Counted from the whole stretch's first letter, positions 29,789 through 39,824 are shown. The stretch: DNA of 63,932 nt, filler included, from Nitrospinota bacterium (GCA_030620925.1; 13 parts of 13 records of this genome joined end to end with filler, not necessarily neighbours in it); one strand, 5' to 3'. Notes: generated by a model from the letters alone, not told the origin. Made by a program: numbers and translations.

Positions 29789-30193
29789 ATGGCAGAAACC
29801 GGACTCAAAGTAATCATGGCCAAGCTGGGCCTCGACGGGCACGACAGGGGCATACTGCTGGTGAGCCAGTGGCTCAGGGACGCAGGCCTCGAGGTCATCT
29901 ACCTGGGCGGATACCAGACGCCTGATAACGTGATCAACGCCGCAATCCAGGAGGACGCCAAAGTAATCGGCCTCAGCTTCGCCGGCGGAGACCACCTGTT
30001 CCACACCGCAAAGATGGTGGAAAAGCTAAAAGAAAAAGGGTTGGGGGATACAATCCTTATAGCAGGCGGAGTCTTCCCCGATCAGGATATACCAAAGCTG
30101 AAAGAGCTGGGGGCGCAGGAGGTTTTCGTAGCCGGAACGCCCATGCAAACCATAGCGGACTACATGACGGGCCTCAAAGAGAGCGTATCCTGA
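29789..30193 (+). CDS. Cobalamin-binding subunit of an acyl-CoA mutase
   Basis: KLGLDGHDRG (DxHxxG), GLS, GG. Confidence 0.93.
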   Translation: MAETGLKVIMAKLGLDGHDRGILLVSQWLRDAGLEVIYLGGYQTPDNVINAAIQEDAKVIGLSFAGGDHLFHTAKMVEKLKEKGLGDTILIAGGVFPDQDIPKLKELGAQEVFVAGTPMQTIADYMTGLKESVS

Positions 30194-30254
30194 ATCAGCC
30201 AGCCGGTCCCCTCTGCCCCTGCGTAAAAAGTCCCGGAAAGGGTAAACGGTGCTG

Positions 30255-30656
30255 CTACTCCTCTTCCCACTCCCCTCTCTTCTCGAGCACTTCTTTCAGG
30301 GCGAACATGCCCTCCACCATGGTGGGCATCCCACCGTAAACGGCCATCTGGAAGATGACCTCCGCCACCTCTTTGGGCTCTGCGCCCACGTTCAGCGCGG
30401 CGTCGATGTGCATCTTAAGCTCGTTGTTGCGGTCCAGCACGGTGAGGGCGCCCACCGCACAGAGCTCCCGCTCACGCTGGGTCAATACCTCCCTGGAATA
30501 GAGGCGCCCGATCGTAAACATCGAGAACTGCTTGGCCAGGTCCTTATCGAACTTACGCCAGATGTCATAGGGCCCCTCGCCCCTTGTCTGTTTCCCGAAC
30601 AACATATCCGTAGTCTTCCTGGTGAGCTCTTTGAGTTCATTGATATCGTCGGTCAT
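30255..30656 (-). CDS. Carboxymuconolactone decarboxylase family protein, copy A
   Basis: YSR..L..RERELC, HIDAALNVG, QMAVYGG.P. Confidence 0.9.
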   Translation of the reverse strand: MTDDINELKELTRKTTDMLFGKQTRGEGPYDIWRKFDKDLAKQFSMFTIGRLYSREVLTQRERELCAVGALTVLDRNNELKMHIDAALNVGAEPKEVAEVIFQMAVYGGMPTMVEGMFALKEVLEKRGEWEEE

Positions 30657-30802
30657 CGCTGCCTCCTTTTTCAGTATGCCTGATAACTAATCTTTCATCC
30701 CAAACCGGGGTGGACTCAAAAAACAGGGGGTATTATATCAGGAAAACGGGAAGTAAGTGTCTAAGACCGGCTTTTTCCGTCTGAGGCTAATTAGAGGCGG
30801 TT

Positions 30803-30928
30803 ACGGAATTTTCCCCGATCAGGATATACCCAGGCAAAAAGCTTGGGGCGCAGGAGGTTTTCGTAGCCGGAACGCCCATGCAGACCATAGTGAACTACAT
30901 GACTGGCCTCAAAGAGAAGGTATCCTGA
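30803..30928 (+). pseudogene. Duplicated, frameshifted 3' remnant of the cobalamin-binding gene
   Basis: Close match to about 30067-30193 with an indel after GATATACC. Confidence 0.8.
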
Positions 30929-30996
30929 ATCGGCCGGCCGGTCCCCCCTGCCCCTGTGTAAAAAGCCCCGGAAAGGGTTGTCTCCATCGAGCGATG

Positions 30997-31398
30997 CTAC
31001 TCCTCTTCCCACTCCCCCCTCTTCTCGAGAACTTCTTTCAGGGCGAACATACCCTCCACCATGGTGGGCATGCCACCGTAAGCGGCCATCTGGAAGATTA
31101 CCTCCGCCACTTCCTTCGGCTCTGCGCCAACGTTGAGCGCGGCGTCGATGTGCATCTTAAGCTCGCGGTGGCGGTCCAGCACGGTGAGGGCGCCCACCGC
31201 ACAGAGCTCCCGCTCACGCTGGGTTATAACCTCCCTGGAATAGAGACGCCCACCCCAAAACATCGAGAACTGCTTGGCCAGGTCCTTATCGAACTTACGC
31301 CAGATGTTATAGGGCCTCTCGCCTCTGGTTTCCTCCCCGAATAACATATCCGAAGTCTTCCTGGTGAGCTCTTTGAGTTCATTGATATCGTCGGTCAT
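30997..31398 (-). CDS. Carboxymuconolactone decarboxylase family protein, copy B
   Basis: 122 of 133 residues identical to copy A. Confidence 0.9.
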   Translation of the reverse strand: MTDDINELKELTRKTSDMLFGEETRGERPYNIWRKFDKDLAKQFSMFWGGRLYSREVITQRERELCAVGALTVLDRHRELKMHIDAALNVGAEPKEVAEVIFQMAAYGGMPTMVEGMFALKEVLEKRGEWEEE

Positions 31399-31536
31399 CG
31401 CTGCCTCCTTTTTCGGTATGCCTGATAACTAATCTTTCATCCCAAACCGGGGTGGACACAAAAAAAACAGGCGCATTATATCACAAAAACCGAGGTTGGG
31501 CGGGTGATGGCGGCCTTTTTCACGCCGCTGCCCCTG

Positions 31537-32283
31537 CTACATGCGCTCTAGGAGCCAGGAGGGCGTCCAGCCGGCGGCGATACCGGCCAGGAGGGTGAAG
31601 TAGTTGGTTATGAGTAGGAGGCCCACTATCACCAGCAGTATCCCGCCGATGACGTGGAAGACCTTAATATATTTTCTGAACCGGGCGTAGAACTTCATGA
31701 ACGAGCCCAGTGCGAAAGAGCTCACCAGGAAGGGAACGGCCAGCCCCAGGGAATATGCGGACAACAGGCTCACGCCGGAAGAGACCTTCCCCGAAGTGGT
31801 GGCCAGCATGAGGACGGAGCCCAATATGGGCCCCACGCATGGGGTCCAGCCCGCAGCGAAGACGGCGCCCACCACTGCGGAGCCCGCGTAACCGGCGGGC
31901 TTGTTCTTCAACTGAATCTGTTTGTACTGCATGAAAACAGGAATTTTGAGTATGCCTATTAAATAAAGCCCGAAAACAACGATAATCACCCCGCCCACCC
32001 TGGAAATGATGGTCTGATAGTTCAAAAAGGTCTGCCCCAGCAGGCTGAAAGAGGCCCCCAGGCTTATGAAAACGAAGGAGAACCCCAGGATGAACAACAC
32101 AGAGTTGAGCATGACCACCCTCCTCGACCCCGGGTTCAATCCGCCGCCGTCGAGCTCGTCGAAGCTGATCCCTGTGATGAAAGAGAGATAGGAGGGGAAC
32201 AGCGGCAGCACACAGGGGGAAAGGAAAGATAGCAGACCCGCCGCCATGGCCACCATGATGTTGAGGTTCTCAGCACCTTGCAC
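31537..32283 (-). CDS. ccdA: Cytochrome c biogenesis protein CcdA
   Basis: SFLSPCVLPL and GWTPCVGPILG; GTG start inferred from RBS. Confidence 0.92.
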   Translation of the reverse strand: MQGAENLNIMVAMAAGLLSFLSPCVLPLFPSYLSFITGISFDELDGGGLNPGSRRVVMLNSVLFILGFSFVFISLGASFSLLGQTFLNYQTIISRVGGVIIVVFGLYLIGILKIPVFMQYKQIQLKNKPAGYAGSAVVGAVFAAGWTPCVGPILGSVLMLATTSGKVSSGVSLLSAYSLGLAVPFLVSSFALGSFMKFYARFRKYIKVFHVIGGILLVIVGLLLITNYFTLLAGIAAGWTPSWLLERM

Positions 32284-32371
32284 GTTCAGTCTTCTCCACA
32301 ATCGGTCTTTATAAGATTTACTACTGGAAAATCTATTAGGCGGTCGGCGAAATGGCAAATTTTTTGGCGGG

Positions 32372-32835
32372 TTACCTCTTTTCCACCGCCTGCTCGTTTT
32401 CTTCGATCCAGTCGTGGCCGCAGCGAAGGGCCTGCTTGTTCATGGAGAAAAAGCCCTCCTTGCCGCTCTGCTGAAGGCTTTCACTCAGGGCCCCTTCCAG
32501 GGCTTCTATGGGCAGAGCGCCGGTAATCGCAGTGTAGGCGCCCAGCAGGACCAGGTTGAACACCCGGTTGGTCTCAATTTCCTGGGCCAGGTCGCTGGCG
32601 GGCAGGGCTACTACGTTGATATCGTCCCGGGTAACCTCGGCGGGATCGACCAGCGAGTTGTCGATGATTAGGGTGCCCCCGGGAACGAGGTCTTTTTCAT
32701 AAATCTTCAGAGCCGGGAGGTCGGCGATTATCATTACCTCCGGGACGGAAATGAGGGGGGATAGTATCTCCCTGTCGGACAGGACGACATAACAGGCCAC
32801 CCGCCCTCCCCTGCGAAAGGTATCGTAGGTCGGGA
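32372..32835 (-). CDS. 2-oxoacid:ferredoxin oxidoreductase gamma subunit, 5' truncated
   Basis: RRGG.VAC.VV.S...I.SP, N.V.LGA, N..AL..G. Confidence 0.85.
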
Positions 32836-32935
32836 NNNNNNNNNNNNNNNNNNNNNNNNNNNNNNNNNNNNNNNNNNNNTTAATTAATTAANNNNNNNNN
32901 NNNNNNNNNNNNNNNNNNNNNNNNNNNNNNNNNNN

Positions 32936-33822
32936 CCCCGGATGATAGATACGTCCGCTCCTGGGAAGAGCGTTTCGTCCTTTCCAAAGGTTACAGCACC
33001 GCGGTGGCTGAAGCGTGCAAAGGGCTGGCCACCAAAACAGGGCTTCAGCCGACAGATTTCAGCAAGCTGGTCCTTTACGGGCCCGATCCCCGCAGCCACG
33101 GCGGCATGGCCGGCGGCCTGGGCTTCGACGTGAAAACCCAGGTGCAGGACCCCCTCTTCCTCAGCGTGGGCAATACCGGCACAGCCAGCGCATTGTTGCA
33201 GCTTGTGGGAGCGCTCCAGGAAGCCAAACCGGGAGATAAGATATTACTGGTTAACTACGGCGACGGGGCCGATGCGATAGCCCTCACCGTTACCGAGGAA
33301 AACGAAAAGGCGAAAAAACAGTCCCGCGGTCTCAAGGGTAACCTCGAATCGAAGCAGGAGCTCAACAGCTACGGCCGTTACATGAAGTGGCGGGAGATGA
33401 TCCAGTTGGAACCCGCCAGACGGCCGGAACAGAGGATGCCCGCAGTCCCCGCGATATGGAGAGAACAGAAAAGCATACTGGCCCTCTACGGGCAGAAGTG
33501 CAACGTCTGCGGCAAGCTTGAATATCCGCCCCAGCGCATCTGCGTATGGTGCCAGGCCAAGGACCAGTTCGAGGACGTCAGGCTCTCCGATCAGAAAGCC
33601 ACCATCTTCACCTTCACCCAGGACAACCTGGCGCCTAGCGTCGATCCCCCCACAGTGGTGACGGTTATAGATTTCGACGGGGGCGGCAGGATGGTTTGCG
33701 AGTTAACCGACAGGGAACCCTCAGCAGTAAAGGTGGGAATGCCCGTCGAGATGACTTTCAGGAAACTTTACCAGATTAGAGGACTCACGAACTATTTCTG
33801 GAAATCGAGACCCATTCGTTAA
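32936..33822 (+). CDS. HMG-CoA-synthase-like/DUF35 (Zn-ribbon OB-fold) fusion, 5' truncated
   Basis: VGNTGTA, NYGDGADA, then CNVC..YPPQRICVWC..GMPVEMTFRK..YFWK. Confidence 0.85.
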
Positions 33823-33835
33823 GGAGGGTGAATTT

Positions 33836-35008
33836 ATGGAAAGTATCAAGGACAAAGTGGCAATCATAGGGATGGGCTGCACCAAGTTCGGCGAGAACTG
33901 GGACAAAAGCAGTAACGACATGCTGGTGGAGTCCGCCTACGAAGCCTTCGAGGACGCCGGTGTTGAGCCCAAAGACATCCAGGCGGCATGGGTGGGCACG
34001 CTCGCTTCCGGAGGCACCGGCCAGAGCCTTTCCGCCCCGCTGAAGCTGCAGTATATCCCCGTGACCAGGGTGGAAAACGCCTGCGCCACGGGCTCGGAAG
34101 CGATCAGAAACGCCTGCTACTCGGTGGCCGCCGGGGTATATGACATCGTCCTGGCCGCGGGTTTCGAAAAGCTGAAGGACAACGGCTTCTCGGGCCTTCC
34201 CGAAGTAATCTGGGGCGATACTTCAGGCGTGGAATCACTGACCACGGCCCCCGGCATGTTCGCCATGCTGGGCTCGAAATATTTCGACCACTACGGTCTG
34301 GACCCCGATGAGGGCAGGGAGCTTCTGGCCAAAATCGCCGTCAAAAACCACCACAACGGCAGCCTCAACCCCAAGGCCCACTTCCAGAAAGAAATAACCA
34401 TCGATCAGGCTCTGAAAGCCCCCATCATCGCCTGGCCGCTGGGCCTCTTCGACTGCTGCGGGGTGAGCGACGGCGCGGCCGCCGCCATCATCTGCCGCGC
34501 CGACATGGCCAAGAAGTTCCGCGACGACCCCATTTTCGTCAAGGCGCTGGCCATCGTGTGCGGTCCTCAGGAAGGCGGCATGCGCTCCGACTACGACTAC
34601 CTCCACTTCGAGGAAAACGTGCGGGCGGCGAAGATGGCCTACGACGAGGCGGGTATCTCCGACCCCTTCAAAGAGATCAGCATGGCCGAGGTGCACGACT
34701 GCTTCACCATCACCGAGATGGTGGTCTACGAGGACATGGGCTGGTGCCCCAGGGGTGAAGCCAAGGATTATATAGAGAGCGGAGCCTTCACCCTGGAGGG
34801 TGAGCTCCCGGTGAACCCCGACGGCGGCCTCAAATGCTTCGGCCACCCCATCGGCGCCAGCGGGCTTCGGATGATGTACGAAATGTATAAACAGCTCCAG
34901 GGCAAGGCGGGCGACAGGCAGATAAGGAACCCCGAGCTGGGCATGACCCACAACCTGGGCGGCGATCCCCGGGGCTGCACGGTGAGCAGCTTCATAGTAG
35001 GCCGGTAG
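33836..35008 (+). CDS. Acetyl-CoA acetyltransferase (SCP2-type thiolase)
   Basis: ENACATG, DCC.VSDG, EVHDCF, GHPIGASG, HNLGG. Confidence 0.93.
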   Translation: MESIKDKVAIIGMGCTKFGENWDKSSNDMLVESAYEAFEDAGVEPKDIQAAWVGTLASGGTGQSLSAPLKLQYIPVTRVENACATGSEAIRNACYSVAAGVYDIVLAAGFEKLKDNGFSGLPEVIWGDTSGVESLTTAPGMFAMLGSKYFDHYGLDPDEGRELLAKIAVKNHHNGSLNPKAHFQKEITIDQALKAPIIAWPLGLFDCCGVSDGAAAAIICRADMAKKFRDDPIFVKALAIVCGPQEGGMRSDYDYLHFEENVRAAKMAYDEAGISDPFKEISMAEVHDCFTITEMVVYEDMGWCPRGEAKDYIESGAFTLEGELPVNPDGGLKCFGHPIGASGLRMMYEMYKQLQGKAGDRQIRNPELGMTHNLGGDPRGCTVSSFIVGR

Positions 35009-35115
35009 CCGACATTGAGAAGCTGATTTGAAACCAAAGGGGAGGTTCCTCGACCTCCCCTTTTCCAATCCCAAAGTTTCTCGTCGACCCTTTAGATTCT
35101 GCGGCGGTATCATAG

Positions 35116-35382
35116 ATGGAACAGGAAGACATAATAGAGGTAGCCAGGGTGGAACCCATCCTGCTGAATCTCGGAAACGAGATAATTGAAACCCCCGACT
35201 GGGATTCGGTGGAGAATGTAGTAGCGGAGCGCTACGACGTCGATGTGGACAGTTTCGACGTCACCGAGCTGAAACCCATCGGTAAGAAGGTGAAGCGGAA
35301 GTCGGACGGCAAGACGGTGCTGCTGGCGGCGCAGAAAGAGCCCGGCGGGGTGGTTAACATTTACGAGTATAATTATGAATGA
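35116..35382 (+). CDS. Acidic hypothetical protein
   Basis: 88-aa ORF with coding-like GC3 bias. Confidence 0.55.
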   Translation: MEQEDIIEVARVEPILLNLGNEIIETPDWDSVENVVAERYDVDVDSFDVTELKPIGKKVKRKSDGKTVLLAAQKEPGGVVNIYEYNYE

Positions 35383-35403
35383 CCAAACGAGGGGAGGCAC
35401 AAC

Positions 35404-35574
35404 ATGAGCGATGAAGGCAGGGTCGTAATAGAATGCAAGGGTGAGAACATAGCCGTGGGACATTACGTGGAGGAGCTGTGCATCAAGATAGTCTTCGCCC
35501 TCCTGTCCACCTTTAAGGGCGTGCAGATAGACGGTGATGAGCGGCTCTTAATCACCCTTAAAAAACCTTCTTGA
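35404..35574 (+). CDS. Small protein (56 aa) resembling the C-terminal domain of extended MobB proteins
   Basis: GGGGAGG RBS; MSDEGRVVIECKGENIAVGHYVEELCIKIVFALLSTFKG...; not in the ORF track. Confidence 0.55.
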   Translation: MSDEGRVVIECKGENIAVGHYVEELCIKIVFALLSTFKGVQIDGDERLLITLKKPS

Positions 35575-35589
35575 ACTCGAAAGAACCTT

Positions 35590-36156
35590 TTATTTCTTGC
35601 GGCGCACCTCGACGCAGGCCAAATCTTCGTAAAGGGTTATGAGGGCCGAATTGTCGTCCTTCTCCTGCCCTTTTGCCTTGAGGGCGTTGAACAATTCGTG
35701 CACCACCCCGGAAACGGGAATGGGCACGCTCAGCTCTTTGGCCATCTGCAGCGCCAGGCCCAGGTCTTTCTGATGCAGTTTAACGAAGAAACCGGGTTTG
35801 AAGTCCCCCTGTAAAATGGTGGGCCCTTTAATCTCCAGCACGGCGCTGCGACAGACCCCGGCCCCCACTACGTCGAGTATGAGCTGCGGATCGAGGCCGG
35901 CTTTTGTGCCCAGCACAAGCCCCTCGGATACGGCCGCCAGGAAAATGCCGATGATGACCTGGTTCACCAACTTGACCGACTGCCCGGACCCGTTGGGGCC
36001 CATATAAACGATTTTTTTGCCCAGTACCTCGAATATGGGGAGGCACCGCTCGAAAACCTTCTCTTTTCCGCCCACCATGATGGCCAGGGTGCCCTCTTTG
36101 GCGCCTATGTCTCCGCCGCTCACCGGGGCGTCCAGCATCTCCACGCCCTTTTTGGC
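35590..36156 (-). CDS. Beta-hydroxyacid dehydrogenase (tartronate semialdehyde reductase / 3-HIBADH family), 5' truncated
   Basis: DAPVSGG, GSGQ.VKLVNQ, F.PGF...L..KDL. Confidence 0.92.
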   Translation of the reverse strand, partial: AKKGVEMLDAPVSGGDIGAKEGTLAIMVGGKEKVFERCLPIFEVLGKKIVYMGPNGSGQSVKLVNQVIIGIFLAAVSEGLVLGTKAGLDPQLILDVVGAGVCRSAVLEIKGPTILQGDFKPGFFVKLHQKDLGLALQMAKELSVPIPVSGVVHELFNALKAKGQEKDDNSALITLYEDLACVEVRRKK

Positions 36157-36256
36157 NNNNNNNNNNNNNNNNNNNNNNNNNNNNNNNNNNNNNNNNNNNN
36201 TTAATTAATTAANNNNNNNNNNNNNNNNNNNNNNNNNNNNNNNNNNNNNNNNNNNN

Positions 36257-36385
36257 CTGCAGTACCTGGAGACACTGAAGACGGTGGGGGGGAGCCCGTC
36301 AACCAAGTTCATATTCCCCATGGAGTTCACCTCTCTCCTGCGCCCCTTCATTGCGGCAGGGGACGACGTCAATAAACATGAATAG
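36257..36385 (+). CDS. SPFH/band-7 protein, 3' end
   Basis: LQYLETLK.VG.SPSTKFIFPME. Confidence 0.8.
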   Translation: MQYLETLKTVGGSPSTKFIFPMEFTSLLRPFIAAGDDVNKHE

Positions 36386-36452
36386 GAGTGATGTGCTGTC
36401 AATCCTCTGAATATCAGGGCATAGAGGAGGCACCCCGGTATGAGGGAGATAG

Positions 36453-37175
36453 ATGTCTAAGAGGGAAAGGTTGGCGGCAAAGGCTTTTGAGGACTTTGCC
36501 GTCGATTACGATGAACAGATTGGCCGGGGCATGGCCCGGGATACGGGGGTGGAATACGGAGATTTCATCCTTAAATTCATAAAACTATGCGATTCCCCAC
36601 AAGAGTGCAACGTTCTGGACCTGGCTACAGGCACGGCCAGTGTGGCCCTGGCTCTTGCCCGGCGTGAGGATGGGGAATGCCGTATCGCAGCCGTCGATAT
36701 CACGCAAGGCATGCTCCGCCAGGCGAAGCGGAAGGTGGAAGAAGCGGGGTTGGGAAAATACATTTACGTATGCAACGGTTCGGGGAATGGCTTGCCCTTT
36801 GTCGATGGCTCATTTTCGCTGGTGACCTGCTCGCTGGCATTCCACCACATGCATGTGGCCGATGTCCTTGAAGAGCTGAAGAGGGTGCTGACTTCCCATG
36901 GAAGGTTGGTCATGGCCGACATGGGCGCGCCTCCGGCATGGCGAAAGCCCTGGGGCAGAGTCATAGTTCCCTTCTATCTCATGGTGAGAAGGCTGAGAGA
37001 CAGGAGGCCCATCCGAAGCGGTTCTAAAATGTATACCCTCCATGAATGGAAGAGCCTGCTTTCTCAGGCCGGCTTTTCCACCACGGAAGAAGTGTGCTTC
37101 TTTAAAGGAAACTGGCGCCCCAGGCTGATCCTCATATCCGCTGTACTCTCCGGAGGCGATTACGACCAGGGATGA
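36453..37175 (+). CDS. Class I SAM-dependent methyltransferase (UbiE-like)
   Basis: VLDLATGT, LPFVDGSF, RVL...GRL. Confidence 0.85.
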   Translation: MSKRERLAAKAFEDFAVDYDEQIGRGMARDTGVEYGDFILKFIKLCDSPQECNVLDLATGTASVALALARREDGECRIAAVDITQGMLRQAKRKVEEAGLGKYIYVCNGSGNGLPFVDGSFSLVTCSLAFHHMHVADVLEELKRVLTSHGRLVMADMGAPPAWRKPWGRVIVPFYLMVRRLRDRRPIRSGSKMYTLHEWKSLLSQAGFSTTEEVCFFKGNWRPRLILISAVLSGGDYDQG

Positions 37176-37310
37176 TGGAGCGCCGCGCGGAACCTGAGTT
37201 TTCAATGGCGCACTATCCCGTACATTGAATTTTCTGTTTTCCGACCTATGTTTTAATGAGGTAAAACTTTACATTTTTCGTGCAATTAATCGTAACAGTG
37301 AGGTAGTGAG

Positions 37311-38612
37311 ATGCAGACTCAGGTCGGAGATATCAATCTGTTCGAGACCGCCCTCAGCCAGATGGAGGAGGCGCTCAGGTATACCCGTGTAAGTGATGAT
37401 ACCATAGAGAAACTCAAGTGGCCCAAAGCCTCCCTGGAGGTATCCATTCCCGTGCGCATGGACGACGGCTCCCTGAAGGTATACAAAGGATACAGGGTCC
37501 GCTATGACGACTCGCGCGGCCCCACCAAAGGCGGCCTGCGCTACCACCCGCTTGTCACCATTGACGAGATGAAGGCCCTTTCCTTCTGGATGGCCATAAA
37601 GTGTGCGCTAGTGGATTTGCCATTCGGGGGAGCAAAGGGAGGGGTGGCGGTAAATCCCAAAGAGCTGTCGCGCTTCGAGCTGGAGCGCTTAAGCCGGGGC
37701 TATATAGACGCAGTAGCCGATTTCATCGGACCGGACGTGGATATTCCCGCTCCCGACGTGTACACCAACGCCGTCATCATGGGTTGGATGTCGGATCAGT
37801 TTAATATAATCAAGCGCAGGCAGGTACCGGCGACCATTACCGGAAAGCCCGTGGGCATGGGGGGAAGCCTGGGCCGCGAAGACGCCACCGGCCGGGGAGG
37901 GTATTATGTATTCCTGGAGGTGGCAAAACAGTTGGGCTTGAATCCGGGGGAAACCACGGTGGCCGTGCAGGGATTCGGGAACGTGGGGTTCCACTTCGGC
38001 AGGCTTCTCCACGAAGAGGGTTACAAAGTAGTGGCCATCGGCGATTCGCAGGGGGCCATTTACAGCGAGGCGGGACTCCATCCGCCGAGTATAAAAGAGG
38101 TGAAAGACCGCGAGAAGCGGCTGGACGCAGTCTATTGCCACGGAACGGTGTGCGACATGGTGGAGCACGAGCGGTTATCCAACGAGGAGCTGCTGGAATT
38201 GGACGTAGACGTCCTGATCCCCGCCGCCCTGGAGAACCAGATAACCGAAAGGAACGCTGACAAAGTGAAGGCCAGGGTAGTCCTCGAGCTGGCCAATGGA
38301 CCCTTGAGTCGAGAAGCCGACGCCATACTCAACAGCAGGAATGTTACCGTAGTGCCGGATATTCTTGCCAATGCGGGCGGTGTGGTGGTAAGCTACTTCG
38401 AGTGGGTGCAGAACCGTGCCGGCTACTACTGGACGATTAATGAAGTACGTGAGCGGTTGAAGGAGATAATGACCAGGGAGTATGGCCGGGTCTATGAGAT
38501 GTCGCAGGAGGCCAAGACCAGCATGCGCTGCGCCGCATACGTCCAGGCCCTTAACCGGATCGCTCATGCTTTCGAGTCCAGGGGCACCAAGGAATACTTC
38601 CGGCCCGCCTGA
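37311..38612 (+). CDS. gdhA: Glutamate dehydrogenase
   Basis: GPTKGGLRYHP, GGAKGG, PAPDV, ITGKP, QGFGNVG, VSYFEW. Confidence 0.93.
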   Translation: MQTQVGDINLFETALSQMEEALRYTRVSDDTIEKLKWPKASLEVSIPVRMDDGSLKVYKGYRVRYDDSRGPTKGGLRYHPLVTIDEMKALSFWMAIKCALVDLPFGGAKGGVAVNPKELSRFELERLSRGYIDAVADFIGPDVDIPAPDVYTNAVIMGWMSDQFNIIKRRQVPATITGKPVGMGGSLGREDATGRGGYYVFLEVAKQLGLNPGETTVAVQGFGNVGFHFGRLLHEEGYKVVAIGDSQGAIYSEAGLHPPSIKEVKDREKRLDAVYCHGTVCDMVEHERLSNEELLELDVDVLIPAALENQITERNADKVKARVVLELANGPLSREADAILNSRNVTVVPDILANAGGVVVSYFEWVQNRAGYYWTINEVRERLKEIMTREYGRVYEMSQEAKTSMRCAAYVQALNRIAHAFESRGTKEYFRPA

Positions 38613-38706
38613 ACAGGATAGATGATGAACGACCCATGGTGCATAAGAAATTATTAATTGTCATGAGCCATGCATCACTAATCCTGGATATTAAGAAAAG
38701 AAGTAG

Positions 38707-39420
38707 ATGCCCGAAGATGCAGTGCTCAGCGTGGTGGGTCTAAACAAAAGCTTCGGCGGCGTTAAGGCCATCAACCATTGCAGCCTGGAAGTGGAGCGAA
38801 ATTGCATCAGTGGTCTGATAGGGCCCAACGGTTCGGGAAAGACCACGCTGTTCAACTTGATCAGCGGCGCCCTCAAGCCTGACAGCGGCGCCGTATGGTT
38901 CGACGGCCACCGGATAGATAATCTCAAACCCTATCGTATTTCCCGCCTGGGTATGGGGAGGACCTTCCAGATAACCAGGGTGTTCAGGGAGATGCCGTCC
39001 CTGGATAATCTGATGGCTGTGGCCCACCACGGAGACTATGACCGGATGCGGAAACGAGCCCTGGAGTTGCTGGGGTTTGTGGGCCTGGATTAGCTTAGAG
39101 ACGAATATGCGGGCAACCTATCCTTCGGCCAGCAGAAACTCCTCGAGTTCGCGCGGGTGCTGATGCTGGACCCTCAGCTTATTTTGCTCGATGAACCGTC
39201 GCTGGGATTATCCCCCCTTTTCGTCATGACCATATTCGAAAAAATCTTGGAGCTGAGCGGTTTGGGCATGACCCTGGTGCTGGTGGAACAGAACGCCGCC
39301 CGGGCGCTGGAGGTTTCCCATCGCGGTTACGTTCTGGAATTGGGTCGCAACCGTTTCTAAGATACCGGCCAGGGGCTCTTAAATAATGACGAAGTCAAGC
39401 GCCTCTATCTGGGGGGCTGA
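38707..39420 (+). pseudogene. Chimeric livG/livF ABC ATPase pseudogene
   Basis: One frame with premature stops TAG 39091-93 and TAA 39358-60; LivG-like N-half (RTFQ, LSFGQQK) and LivF-like C-half (DEPSLGLSP, VEQN, YLGG). Confidence 0.85.
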
Positions 39421-39555
39421 GAATTGAGGAACCCTTTTTGTAAAAAGTGTTCCTCNNNNNNNNNNNNNNNNNNNNNNNNNNNNNNNNNNNNNNNNNNNNT
39501 TAATTAATTAANNNNNNNNNNNNNNNNNNNNNNNNNNNNNNNNNNNNNNNNNNNN

Positions 39556-39700
39556 CGGAGTGAAGAATCTCGCTTACCCTGGTAAACCCGCTTTCTTTGA
39601 GGTTTTTGCTTACCCCCTTTCCCTTCTCGCAGGCGTTTTTTCGGGGAGAGAAACCGGATAGCTCAGATGAGCGAGATTCTTCGCTTCGCTCAGAATGACA
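39556..39700. repeat. REPIN/MITE-like element, copy 1 (left arm cut by contig end)
   Basis: GAAGAATCTCGC...GCGAGATTCTTCGCTTCGCTCAGAATGACA; the last 30 bp are identical to 44408-44437. Confidence 0.8.
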
Positions 39701-39712
39701 CGATGCGCTGTC

Positions 39713-39824
39713 GTAGGGGCGGGTTTGAAACCCGCCCTAGTGGGGCGCATGTAATACGCCCCTACAATCGCGCCTGTCCCGCGTTCCGCGGGACTACCCC
39801 CAATGTAGGAACGGCATCCTGCCG
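39713..39824. repeat. Cluster of GTAG-family REP palindromes
   Basis: GTAGGGGCGGGTTTGAAACCCGCCCTA; GGGGCGCATGTAATACGCCCCTAC; GTAGGAACGGCATCCTGCCG. Confidence 0.75.

Noticed and set aside
30255-31398. CMD pair as a diversity-generating retroelement template/variable repeat (AAC AAC -> CAC CGC)
   Set aside because: Many other differences involve non-adenine bases (ACG ATC -> TGG GGT, GGG -> AGG), the whole gene plus flanks is duplicated, and no reverse transcriptase is present
39091-39093. TAG as pyrrolysine read-through or genome-wide amber reassignment
   Set aside because: The same gene also has a premature TAA, and many intact genes here end in TAG (for example ccoN, the thiolase at 35008 and both CMDs)
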